The notes under the pieces were generated by a model, which saw only the letters and a program-made list of their open reading frames with translations, had not been told where the DNA came from and did not search any database. Shown here piece after piece: positions 35,663 to 47,263 of a DNA stretch of 64,000 bases. Source of the DNA: Cyanophora paradoxa CCMP329 (lineage: Eukaryota > Plantae > Glaucophyta); contig QPMI01000525.1 of NCBI GenBank assembly GCA_004431415.1, forward strand, positions 1-64,000. The letters are read 5' to 3'. Each line of letters begins with the position of its first letter. The first letter of the stretch is position 1. The translations under genes and the position numbers were made by a program.

Positions 35663-37124
35663 ATGGCAACAATATCGAAGATCGAGCACGGAGGCTGGCC
35701 CTCGGAAATCTTCGAGGAGGGTGAGGAGGAAATGGCGGAGAAATTGGAATTGTTGTGCCCCATCTGCTTAAAGGTGATGCGAGAACCCGTGCGTCTTGCA
35801 CCTGTGTCCAGCGTTTGATATTGAATCTAGAATTAAATGAAAGCTAACCGTTGCGCCCAGACGCTGATTCGATGCACAAACGAACATGCTTTGTGCCGTA
35901 CTTGTGCAGATGCGCTGGCGCGGGGCACATGTGCACCGCACGGCCAATGCGACCCTTGCCGAGACGAGCACGCGTGCTTAAATGCGCGGCTGAAGTGCCC
36001 GCTGGACCGCGAGTTCATCAACCGGGATCTCTTCTGGCCCGCCGCCTACCTTCGTCGACGCATCAATGAACTCAGAGTGCAGTGAGTGCATGCCGTGCCA
36101 TGATATGTATACTACTAATAATGACCATAAACACATATATCTACGTATACGTGCGCCGCGATCCAACGACTCAGCGACTGATCCATTGCCCTTGCACGTG
36201 CACTCGACTCGTAGCTGCGCTCACAAAGACCGCGGATGCGGCTGGATAGGCGACTTGGGCTCCTTTTTGCTGCACACCAATGAGTGCACAGTCGGGCACT
36301 CTGTACATGTCGGAGGCGAACGCTGCCCCGGCTGCGCATGCGCGCAGCTCGTTTCCTCTGTTGACATATCGGTGCGGCCGTATCGTATACGTACGTGTGC
36401 CATATATATATATATATCAGCCTATAGCAAGCTATATATAGCACAAGCGCGGGTCTAGCTATAGAGCTCTCCGAGATTTGAGAGATTGAAAGAGAGAAAT
36501 GCTCGAGCTCGGTTTCTCTGAGCTGACGTACCTTCGCGGAGGGACAGGGGCACGAGAATGCTTGCCGCCCCTGCCCATACTCCAAATTTGGATGCCGCGC
36601 CATGGTACCTCGGGCCGGGCTCGATGCACACATGGGTGCGTCCAATCCGTACTTTCGTGTCAACTTGCAAGCCTTGAAGCTTTTGTGAGAGCTGTCGGTC
36701 TCAATTTCGAGCGCACTTACGCGAATGCACGCAGATACGTGCGCGTGCTACGAAAGCCTTGTCGTCCGCCTTGACAACAAAACCCGTGCGTTGTCTCACT
36801 TCAATACGTATATATGTATACGTACTATAAGAATTCGACCGTTCGATCGGCTCGCCTGACTTTACATTTTGCGTTGATCGGCGCACAGGAGAGCTGAGAC
36901 GTCAACGAGTAGTGCTTGGCTTCTTTCTACTTTTGTTATACATAGTGCTTTGGCGGTACATATTCGCAGGCGTAATTCTCGTCATTGTGTTGATCGAGAA
37001 GGCCGTTCTTGCAGTATTCTCTCACTGGATGTACTACTCGACTTTCCTTTCCTCAGTATTGATCTTGAGCGCTGTGATCGCCTATGTCTATGACGAAGAC
37101 AATGTCGATCGTTCGCATTTGTGA
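35663..37124 (+). CDS. TRAF/SINA-type RING (C3HC4-like) zinc-finger protein with C-terminal hydrophobic segments
   Basis: ATG 35663; LLCPICLKVMREP|..RCTNEHALCRTC...CPLDR...YLRRRINELRV|CAHKDRGCGWIGDL..HTNEC. The last exon has 2-3 TM-like stretches. Middle exons (36460-36890) could not be framed cleanly, so it may be decayed. Confidence 0.65.
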
Positions 37125-37494
37125 ACGATGTATACGTATACGTAGCTATAATATATATATAGCATGTACATGCGTATGTACATGTGTAATCGATATCCCG
37201 GTCGCGTGCACGTGTATATATGCATATGTGCCGTATACATACGTACTTCGGTAGGCTCACGTGCACGGTACCGGTTCCAGCGCTAGCACTAGTACAGTGT
37301 ACATACATATATATATATATATTCGAGCTCGAGCTCGTCTTCGAATTCTCGGATTGAGAAACACGAACGTGTACAGCCTGGCTGTGTTTCATCGATGTAA
37401 TTTTCTGAGCTACTAGGCTACACGGCCGATACCAAGTTATATATAGCTAATTAGTTAAGACGCAAAAGGACCGTCGGACACTTGCGATAGGGTG

Positions 37495-37526
37495 ATACGT
37501 ACTACGGTATATACCGTAGTACGTAT
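37495..37526. repeat. Perfect 32-bp palindrome ATACGTACTACGGTATATACCGTAGTACGTAT
   Basis: Self-reverse-complementary; same core as the hairpin at 31947-31969. Confidence 0.9.
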
Positions 37527-38144
37527 ACCCTCGCGCGATCGCAACAGACAGCAATCATAATTATAGCCCGGAGGCCTCAAATCTACATGTCGCCCCCGAC
37601 CTTAGCTACTGCGAAAGGCTGCACGGTGCGCGATCGGGGGGGAGGGGGGGGGGGGTCGGAACTCTGAAAGCTTAAGACGGTGGTCGGAGTAGACGGACTG
37701 GAGAAGCAGCTCAAGGAGGCGGATCGATGTCGGAGACCGCGAGGCTAAGAAAGCCCTGTTAATATATTATATATATATATATTGGGGGCATGTGTACGGG
37801 AGACGGGAGCAGGGGGAAGTGGGGGGAAGATGGGGGGGGGGGGGGAGGGGGGGGGGCGGCGGTGCCCCCGGGCCCCCCGAGGAGGCCTATTAGGCTACCC
37901 CTGAAACGTCAGCGGAAGATCTAGAGGGAGGGAAATGAGGAGGGGGAGAGGAAAGGAAGGCGGAGGTGGGCACGTGGCTCAACGTCACCACTGACGTCAG
38001 CGGGAGGAGACGGAGACCGCCGGCGCCGGCGCCCCGCAAGGAGTCGGCTCATGATCTTCATGTTAGATCTTAATGCGAAGCTTCGAGCACGCGTAATATT
38101 TAAGATTAAGATATAAAATTAAGATCATGAGCCGAACCCTATAG

Positions 38145-40472
38145 CTAGCTGTAGCGGGAGGTGACGGAGACCGCGGGGCGCCCCGCGAGGAGGCCCCGTA
38201 TGGCCTCCAGCCGCTTTTCCCAGCTGCAGGCCCCCGGGTCCCCCGGGTCCTCAAGCTCGTACCCCCCCTCCTCTTCCTCCTCCCCCTCGCCCCGCCGCCG
38301 CCGCCCCCGCCTCTTCGGCTTCGGCTTGAAGTACTTGGCGAACAAGCGCGCGACCTCGTCCGGGCGGTGCACGAGCCGCAGGTCCAGGGCCACATGGGGG
38401 GCGAGGGCCCTCAAAACCTGGCGGCCGCGCGCGGGCAGTGTGAGCAGGGGGCCGCGGCCCGGGGCGAGAGGCTTCGCTAAGAGTAGTGTAGATATGAAGT
38501 AGCTGCGCTTCTATTGATGCTAAGCTTCGAGCGCGCTTAGTATTAAGATTCAATTGCAATAGATCTAGACCACTCTAATTATAAGCCCGAGCTTCGCTAA
38601 TCATGAGCTTCGAATTCCTAGGCTCGCTCAACTCATGCAGGATCGCACCTCGAAGGGGCGGAGGGGTGGGAGCCAGTGGGAGGCGTACGAGAAGGCGAGC
38701 CGCTCGAGGGACCCCAGCGCCAGAATCGCGCGCGCCTCTGCCGCGGAGAGCGGCCAAGCGGCGTCCAGGCTCAGGGACACGAGGCAGCGCTGCACGCCGG
38801 GGCTCCGAAGGAACTCCGCGAGTCGCCCGGGGCCGAAACCGCTGCTACGGAGGTACATGCGGAGCCTTGCCGAGTCAGGCAGGCGGGAGGCGAGGTCTGC
38901 CAGGGCCACAAGAGCCTCGTCGGAGTCTGTGCCGCTAGCTATAGAGGCTTCGAAGTCCACTTGGCACGCGGCGCGGGCGAGGGCGAGCAGGCACGCCGGC
39001 GGCGAGTCGGCGAGCTGCGGTCGTGCAGAAGTCACAGTCAGCGCAGGACAGGCCAGGGTTAGGTAAAAACACGAGGCGCCTGCAGGGTTTTGAGGGACTC
39101 CAGCCTCGGCATGCGGCCCAGGGCCAGAAAGTCGGCTTCCGAGATTCGAAACCCGGCAGGTTGGCGTTCGGCATATGCATGGTCCTGCGTCCTCGGAAAT
39201 TCTCCATGCCTGCATGCACCGCTCCCTCTTAGCGCGATAGAAGCCAAAGAGGAAATCGAGGGGCGCAGATTAAAGAGATCTAGAGCACACACCTGTAAAG
39301 GCGAGTCTCGTCGCCGGCGAATTCAATGCTTCGCAGGCTCGCGCCCGCGGCGCCGCCCGCAAGCGCCGACACGACGCCGGCGACGTCTCTGTCCTCCCAC
39401 TCACGATCGGGCAGCCCGACCAGCGCAATGTGCTCGAGATGCGCCAGGGGCGCGAGGGCCGCCAGCGCCGCCGGCATCGACGAGCTCGAGCTCGAGTCTC
39501 GTGGATGTATGCTGAGGGAGCGGAGGAGGGGGCAGGCGGCGGCGACGGCCGCCGCGGCGTCCGGACCCAGCCCCCCGTCGATCGGACCGAAGAAGATGTG
39601 GAGCGAGCGGAGCCGGCCGAAGGGGGCGAGAGCGGCCTGCAGCTTGGCGGCCCGGGGCCAGTTGAACCGATCTCCGCAGCTGCTGTACTTTGCCATGGTG
39701 AACCCGATGCTGAGGCTCTCCAGACTGCTGGGCGCGCCGTCCGCCGCCGGCCGCAGCGCCCCAAGCACGCCGAGCAGGGACGCGCGCAGCATATTTAGAG
39801 GCGTCCGCCGGGAAGGGGAGTGGAAGCCAGTCCCGCCCATGAGCTCGACGATGACCCCCCGCAACTGCGCCGGGCCGCTGTGGCTTCGCGCGATCGCTCT
39901 AAGGATCCGGCACGCTGCGTCTACTGCCGCGCCCGCCGCGGGCGAATCCCCAGCGTACGCTGGGAGCTCCACCCGCAGCGAGACGCTGCCGCCGCGGCCG
40001 AGACGCAGCTTTCGATGCTCGAAGAGCGCCGACAGAAGCCTGGACAGCTGGCGGTCCCGCGGTCTCGAACTCGCGCTAGTGGTGCTTGAACTCGCTGCAG
40101 CTGCTGCTGCATCGCTATCGCTACCGCTGTCGCTTGTCCACGTCAATCTCCACCTTTCCCTGATCATGATCCACAGCTCTACGCTCGCCCACTCCATCTC
40201 CTCGACCACCTGCCGCCACCGCCTGCGGTTCGCTGCGTTCTTAGCCATGGCATATGCATGTGCATGCACTCGTTCAGCGCTCGACATTGCAACGCGCACC
40301 TGCAGACGCCGCGCAGGGGCCAGCTCGCCTGCAAGCCGAGCGCCTTGAAGACATCGCTCATGACCGCGTCTGGCAGCGCATCGAACGTCCGCGGCCGTGG
40401 TGGAGGCGCTGCTGCAGGGTCGTCGACGCGGGCCCGCTTCCTCGCGCGCCCAGCCGATTTCCGACCAGACAT
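38145..40472 (-). CDS. F-box protein with LRR-like C-terminal region
   Basis: ATG 40472; F-box FDALPDAVMSDVFKALGLQASWPLRGVCR|RWRQVV; LRR-like LESLSIGF, LRSLHIFF, CPLLRSLSI, LAHLEHIAL. Probable stop at 38145. Confidence 0.8.
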
Positions 40473-42885
40473 CGATATCGTAGGACGCTCCGACTCGGCC
40501 CCTGGTGCCGGCAGATGTGGATCTCTGGATCACTTGGGATGCGATCCCATGCACTAGCCTGCAGCTCCCGCGGTCAGCAAGCGTCAAACCCGCCGCGCAG
40601 CCTCTCGAACCTTCTGCGGCAGCACTCCCGGAGTCCTGGTGCTCGATCCGCGGCCAACAACGCACTGGCGTTAACGTACCCCGGCTTAAACGCAGGGCCG
40701 TCGCAGGCCGGCCCGTCGCAGGGCCGTCGCCGGCCGCGGTTTTTGCGCAGGCCTGGCGGTCCTAATATGAATACGCTAAATGCGTGGGAGCGGATTTCTC
40801 ATTCAGCCGGTGTTCTCACCAGCGCCGCGCGCGTCGCACCGCCCGCCGGTCAGCCAAGTCAGCGGCTTCGATAATTTCGCCCAGCTCTCGACGCGGCGAG
40901 ACTCCGCCGCCACCTCCGTGCTTAGTGTGTGAGTACGGTGCGAGCTTCGCTCGCCTGCCTGGCCATACGGTTATATGGGGGCTGACTGGAGCCGCAGGAC
41001 CCGTTCCCGAGCGCGCGGCGCACGCGCGACTGCATCGATATCTGGTCGCGCCGCGCGCGTGCGCGTGCGGTCGGGCGCGGACGCGCCGCGGCGCACGCGC
41101 CTCTCTCGGGCGCTGCTGAGCTCGAGGGCGCCTCTGTCGTGCCGATCGCCGCTCTCTCTCGCGATCGCAGGAGCCGTACGTGTGCCCGGCCGCAGCGCGT
41201 TCGCGCTCGCCGAGTCGCCCGTGCACGTGGCGTAACCTTGCGAGCTTCTGACAGCTGCAGGCTCTCGCGGTCTTTAAGACTTTCATGATCAAGTGTGCGC
41301 ACCGACCGCGGACCCGCCTCACCCGGTGCCTCTCTGTGCAGGCGTCCTGTGTGGGCCCTTCGCGCCTCTGACCAGGCCCCAACCCACACAGGTCAACCGC
41401 GGGCCGGGCCCCAGCCCCACACATCCGACCGCGGGCCAACCGCGCCTCGTCGCGCCCGTTCGAATGATGTGCAGCATGCCGCGGGACGGGTGTGCGCGCA
41501 CCCCCCTCCCCCCCTTCGAATTTTCCGCCCTATACCCCCCCCCCCAGGTCCTTCCCCCTGTAATACAGGACCGCAGCCCCAAGCGATGCCTCCGCGCGAA
41601 TCTCACGCCCCCGCAGCGCTGTGCAGATGCAACCTTCCGCCCCCTCTTTGGCATCGTATCCCGCCCCCCCCCCCCCCCCCTCCCCCCGCTTCTCTGGCAT
41701 CTCCCGCCTTTCGGGTACGCGTCGCCTGCTCGCCCAGCGCCCCGCTCCATTCTCCCCTCCCCCGCCGGGGCCGCTTCCTGCCTCCGGCGAGCTTCACTAT
41801 ACAGAGTGCCGTGCACCGGGCTGGGTGGCGGAGAGGGACGGGGGTACGATGCGCGTTGCGGGCCCCGGTACCCCTCTGCGGCTCTGAGCCCCTGCCCCCC
41901 CTGCAGCGGAGCAGCCAAAGGCGTCGCTCGGGGCAGCGACGGCTCCGGCGCGGGGCAGGTCGCGTACCCCCCCCCCCACCCCAGCCCCCCCCCCCCTCCG
42001 GATCCCCCCCCTCCCCGAACCGAGCGAGCCTGCTGCGCGCTCCTAACCTCCTCGTATCGATATCCTTCTTGAGTCTTGACCCCTCCCCCAAATTCGAAGT
42101 TCCTCCCATCCCTTCGACTCTCGAGCTCCTCGCCCTCGACCCCCTACGCGTACCCCCGGCCGGTGCCCTCGCGATCGCTCCCACCCCGCCCTCCCTTTAG
42201 CTTCCGAGGGTAACGTTCAGGCACTGCGGCTTAAGTAGCTTCGCCGCCTGCAGCTGCCGCCCGCCCCCCATATATGCATCGCCGAGTCGATATCCCGCCG
42301 CTTATATAACACGAGTGCATCCTCCCCAGCGCTAGCCTGCAGCTGGCAGCCTCGGGCCTATAGCTATAGCTAGGCCTAGCTAGGCGCCGATCGCGAGGCC
42401 CGAGGCTACGATCGCGCGCGCGCGCGCAAGGCGCGTGCTATACTGAGGCTTTACTATGATAGCGTTTATACATGTAGCTATAGGCTCGCGCGCGCCGCGG
42501 CCGCGGCGCCGGGCGCCAGCGCTAGCTGCGCATGCGCGCGCGCGCGCGCGCGCGCGCGCATATGCATGCACTGCGGCAGCTCAGCGGCTACCGCGCGCTG
42601 TGCAGGGCGGATCGCGCGCTTAACTCGAGGTAATTGGAAGGCGTCTAATGAAACTAGCGCTAGCTATAGCGCCGCGCATGCGAATCCCGGCGCCGTACGC
42701 GTATATGGCGGCGCGCGCTCAAACGGCGGTATGCGCCTGTGCAGCTGCGCGGTGTACATGAATGCGGATTCGAATGCAAAGCGAGCCTCGTATCGATATC
42801 GGTCTGCCTGCAGAACCCTCGTGTAGTCACCGTTGCGGATCTCGTGTACCCCATAAAGTCTCCGAAGTCTCCGCGCGCGAGAAGG

Positions 42886-45800
42886 ATGCCGGTAGCGGCA
42901 CCTGTGCGGGGCGGCACAGCCGCCCCGCTGCTTGTGATCGATGGGGACAAGCTCGTGGTCCACGAAGAGGGCGTTACTCTGCTGTCGAAGGTAACGCTAT
43001 GGCGCCCGGCGCTAGGCGGGGCCGCCTGTCCGGTACAAACGGCTCTGATTGTCCTACCGCACAGCTCGACACCGAGATTGCCGTGCTCAGCATCATCGGT
43101 TCGAAGGCCTCCGGCAAGTCGCTCCTGGCCAACTCGTTCTTCGAGACGTTTGACGGCAACCACTACGTGAGCGGCTCGTCCGGCAAACCCCCGACCTACA
43201 AGGGCTTGTACGCGTCAGGTCGGCACGCCGCCGCCGCCGCCGCACTGCCGCCACCGGCCGGCACGGCGTTGACCCACGTGTGCGGCAGTCCACCGCATGG
43301 AGCCGAAAGCGGGGCAGCGGCCGATGAACGTGGTGCTTCTGGATGCTCAGGGAGTGGGCCAGGGCAAGGACCACAGCTCGCTCGAGGCGAAGCTCTTTAC
43401 CATCGCGGCCCTCGTCAGTTCGTCGATCGTGTACAACGTGGCCGGCGAGTTGACGCTCGCGTCGCTCCAGCTGCTCATGTGCGCTCCCGCTTCCCGTCGG
43501 TCCCGCCTGACCGCCCGCCCGCCCGCCCGCCCGCGCCGCCGCCGCTAACCGCCGTGCCCAGCGACCGCCTACTGCCGCAGGGGCACCTCGTCTCCTACCC
43601 GGACCGCGTGTCGACGCCGGTGAAGAGCGGGTCGCCGCAGGCGCGCGAGGCGGAGACGGAATCGGCGGACAGCGCCGCGCCGTTCTTCTTCTGGGCCGCC
43701 CGCGACAACCACGGCTCGTTCAAGGACAAGTCGGGCAAGCCCGTCGACGCGACGTGCGCCCATCGCTGCTTTCTTTCTCTTTCTTTCGCCCACGCCCGAC
43801 CGCGCAGGCGCTACCTCGAAGACCTCCTCATCGGCGCCCAGAACAGCGCGCTCCTCGACGAGCTATTCTCGGTCCGCCCCTCCCCGCTCCCTTCGTCCTA
43901 GTCATATCAGCATTAGTTAGGTAGTATTGCTATGCTTAGTCGAAGTCTCGGTCCGCCCCGCCCCGCCCCGCTCCGCTCTTCTCTTCCCCGCCGCCCCGCC
44001 CCACCCGCTCTTCTCTTCCCCGCCGCCCCGCCCCGCCCCGCCCCGCTCTTCTCTTCCCCGCCGCCCCGCCCCGCCCCGCTCCTCTCTTCTCCGCCTCACT
44101 CTCCGCTCGGGCCCCGCTTGCCCCCTCCGTCTAGCTTACCTCTATCTTCCCCGCCCCGCTCCTCCTCTTTCTCTTCTCCGCCGTCCTAGAAGGTGGCACC
44201 AGCTCGCTCGCGCCCTGCGTGCCGCCTAGGCCAGCCTCCGCTGGCGCGCCAGCAGGCGGCGCCCCGCCCCGCTCGGCTCAGCCAACACTCCGCCGCGCCC
44301 CGCGCAGCGCGTCGAGTGCGTCTGCATCCCGCCGCCCGCGGCAACCTCCACCGAGGCACTGTCCCTCTCTTCCAAGCCGTACCCCTCCCTCCCCGCCTCC
44401 TTCCGCGCCCAGGTACCCCATCCTCCCTCCTCCTCCCCCTCTTCCTCTTCCTGAGGGGTACGGCGCAGATCGACATGCTCCGCCAGCGTACCCTCGCCTC
44501 GCTCCTCCCCAAGACCATCTGCGGCGGCCTCCTAAACGGACCCCGTCCGTTCCCACTTCCTTCCCCGTGTTTCGTCCTCCCCCGCTCAAGCATACCGTAC
44601 CCCCCACCGCAGTGTTCGTGCGGCTGCTCCGGCACTACGCGGCGAGGGCCTCGACGGCCGCTTCCTCCTCCTCGTCCGACGGCGGCGCCGCCGGCAACGG
44701 GCGCGCCTCGGGATCCCAGGTGGGCCGCCGCCCTAAATCTAAGCGCTTCGTTCCTTCTGTCTCCCTTCCTCTCTGAGATCGGACAGGGCCTCCCGCCCCT
44801 CCCGGCCGCGTGGCGCGCGGCCGTCGACGCCGAGTTTGAGGACGCGGCGGCGGACTGCGCGGCGGCCTACCGGCAGCAGCTCACCGCCGAGCTCCAGGAG
44901 AAGCTCCCCGTCGAAGCTGGCGCGCCCCTCCTTTCCGTTCTTTCCTTTCCTATCCTCTTTTGATCCTCTTCTCCTCAGCCGAGATGAAGGAGATCCACCA
45001 GCGCTGCCGGGACGCGGCCCTCTCGGCGTTCGCGGCGAAGCCCGTGCCCGCCGGCGGCGACCGCACCGTCCACACCACGCGCCTCCGGGTGCGCTCGGCT
45101 CAGATTCCGCCCGATCTGAGCTAGCTTTCTGAGCGGGCCTCGCCTTGTCCCCCGGCAGGCCGAGCTCAAGCGGGCGTACCGCGAGATCTGCGCCGCCTAC
45201 GAGGAGGTTCGTTCGACCCCGTACCCTTCTTTCGAGTAGCCCTTTACCCCCGTACAAACGCCGCCGTACCCCCGCAGGTCTGCTACGCGGAGTGCGTCGA
45301 TTGCCTCAACGAGCTGTACGCCCCCATCGACGAGAAGGTTCGCGCACCCCCTCCTCCACTCGTGCCCGTCCTCGCAAATGACGCCGTACCCTTCCTTCCT
45401 CCCCCGCAGGTGGGCCAGGAGGCCTACACGACGCTGGAGGAGTACGACGTGGACCGCCGGGTGCGCCGCCGCGCGCAGGGACGCCTAGACCTGCCGGGTT
45501 CGAATCCCCGCGGCGCAGGTTGTTCTGGAGGAGTACATGCGCATCGCGCGGCGGCCCAAGCGCGAGGCGGTCGTCCTCGAGGCACTCCTCCCCAAGGTGC
45601 GGGGGGTACGGGTTCGGGGAGGGTACAGAGGAGGGAGGCCGACCGGGGGTACGCAGATCTACGAGTCGGTGGCGAAAGTGACGGAGAAGCAGCGGCGGGA
45701 GTGGGAGTCGGAGCGGACGGCGCTCCTCGAGCGCATCGACGAGCTCGAGCAGCTCCTCGTCGCCGTGCGTTGTACCCCCCCCCCGGCCCCCGGTCGTCGC

Positions 45801-46935
45801 CTCGTACCCCCCGCCCGACCCGCGCCTTCGTTCGCAGAAGAACCTCGGGGGTGAGGTGCCGCGCTCGACGCAGGTCTCGGGCCGCATCTCGGAGCTGGTG
45901 AACCGCGAGAAGGAGCTCGCCGGGCGCGTCCGCGAGCTCTCCGAGGAGATCGCCCGCATGCAGGAGGCGCGCCGCCGTACCCCTCCCGAACTCCCCCCCC
46001 CTCCCCCCCCGCTCACGATCCGGGTGCAGGCGCACAGGGACGTGGTGGAGGGCATGGAGATCAAGTCGCGGGAGCGCGAGCGGTCCCTTCAGGCTCAGGT
46101 TCAGATGAGCGTCGAGCGCCTCATGGACGTCGAGCGCGAGTCCCTCCGGTACCCCCCTCCCCCTTCCCCCCCCCCTCTGTTCTGAGGCTCCCCGCAGGTC
46201 GCGGCTGCAGCACGAGGAGGAGCGGGCGCGGGCGGAGGAGGCGCTGGCGTCGGCGACGGCGGCGGCGGAGGAGGCGCAGAAGCAGCTCGCGACGGCGCAG
46301 CAGCGGGCGCTGGCCGCGTACACGGCCGACCTGCAGGCCGTCGAGAAGCGGCACAGGGACGAGCGGGAGGCGGCGGAGCGCGAGGGCGCCGCCAAGGTCG
46401 AGGGCCTCGTCAAGGAGCTCGGGGAGGAGCGGGCCGGGCGCCGCAAGGCCATCGAGACCGCCCGCCGGGAGGCCTTCGAGGACGCGCAGCGCCAGCTCGA
46501 GCAGGCGCGCGCGCGCGCCCGCCTTCTCCTTCCCTCTCCTCTCCTCTCTAACTCGCGGTCGCGCAGCTCTACGGGCGGCTCATCGAGGGCCTCACGAGCA
46601 CGTGCGAGTCGGCGCGCGAGAAGGCGAACGCGGCATCGCTGCGGAGCATCCGGCCCTCGATGAGCACGAGCTCGGTGCCGGGGACGCCCTCGCTGTACCG
46701 GTCGCCCAGCACGTCGCAGCCGATCACGCCGCGCGAGGGCCCCAGCGTGCCGCCCCTCCCCCTCGCCGCCCTCGTCGCCCAGCAGCTCGCCGGCGTCGCC
46801 TCCCCCACCGCCCCCGCCTCCGCCCGCGGCTCGGGCCCCGGCCCGACCCCCCGCACCACCACCTCCGCCGCCGGCGGCGGCGCGCCCCCGGTCCTCGTTC
46901 CCCCTACCCCCCACTCGAGCGCCATCGTCTCGTGA
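42886..46935 (+). CDS. Guanylate-binding protein (GBP/atlastin family)-like GTPase with helical and coiled-coil tail
   Basis: IAVLSIIGSKASGKSLLAN (G1), PTYKGLY (G2), VVLLDAQG (G3), KLFTIAALVSSSIVYN, FFFWAARD (G4), YLEDLL; E/R-rich coiled-coil exons and a Pro/Ser-rich tail; TGA 46935. Confidence 0.85.
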
Positions 46936-47263
46936 TCGACGGAGGCCGCGCCCGCCTCCCCCTCTACCCCCACGCCGCGCCCTCCCCAGTGCTTTCCGCT
47001 AGAGAATGAACGAAATGGAAGCTTGGTCCGCAGTCGACTCCACGCGGCATCGAGTCGATCAGGGACCCAGGGACGGGCCCGCGGCCGGAGACGAACCGAT
47101 CCGCTTCTGCATATGCACAGCACAGGCCGCACAGCCCCGTCGTGGCCGGGAAGGACATCAACCACTTCTAGCTCGGTCGTGCAAACGAAATCCATAATAA
47201 CAGGCAAAAGTAACACGTACGGGCCTGCCTACAAGTCGGCCTATGCGAAAGCGGAATCGATCT

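Noticed and set aside
40700-42300. Overlapping 150-300 aa ORFs between the F-box and GBP genes
   Set aside because: No recognisable domain or consistent splice pattern; poly-C rich.
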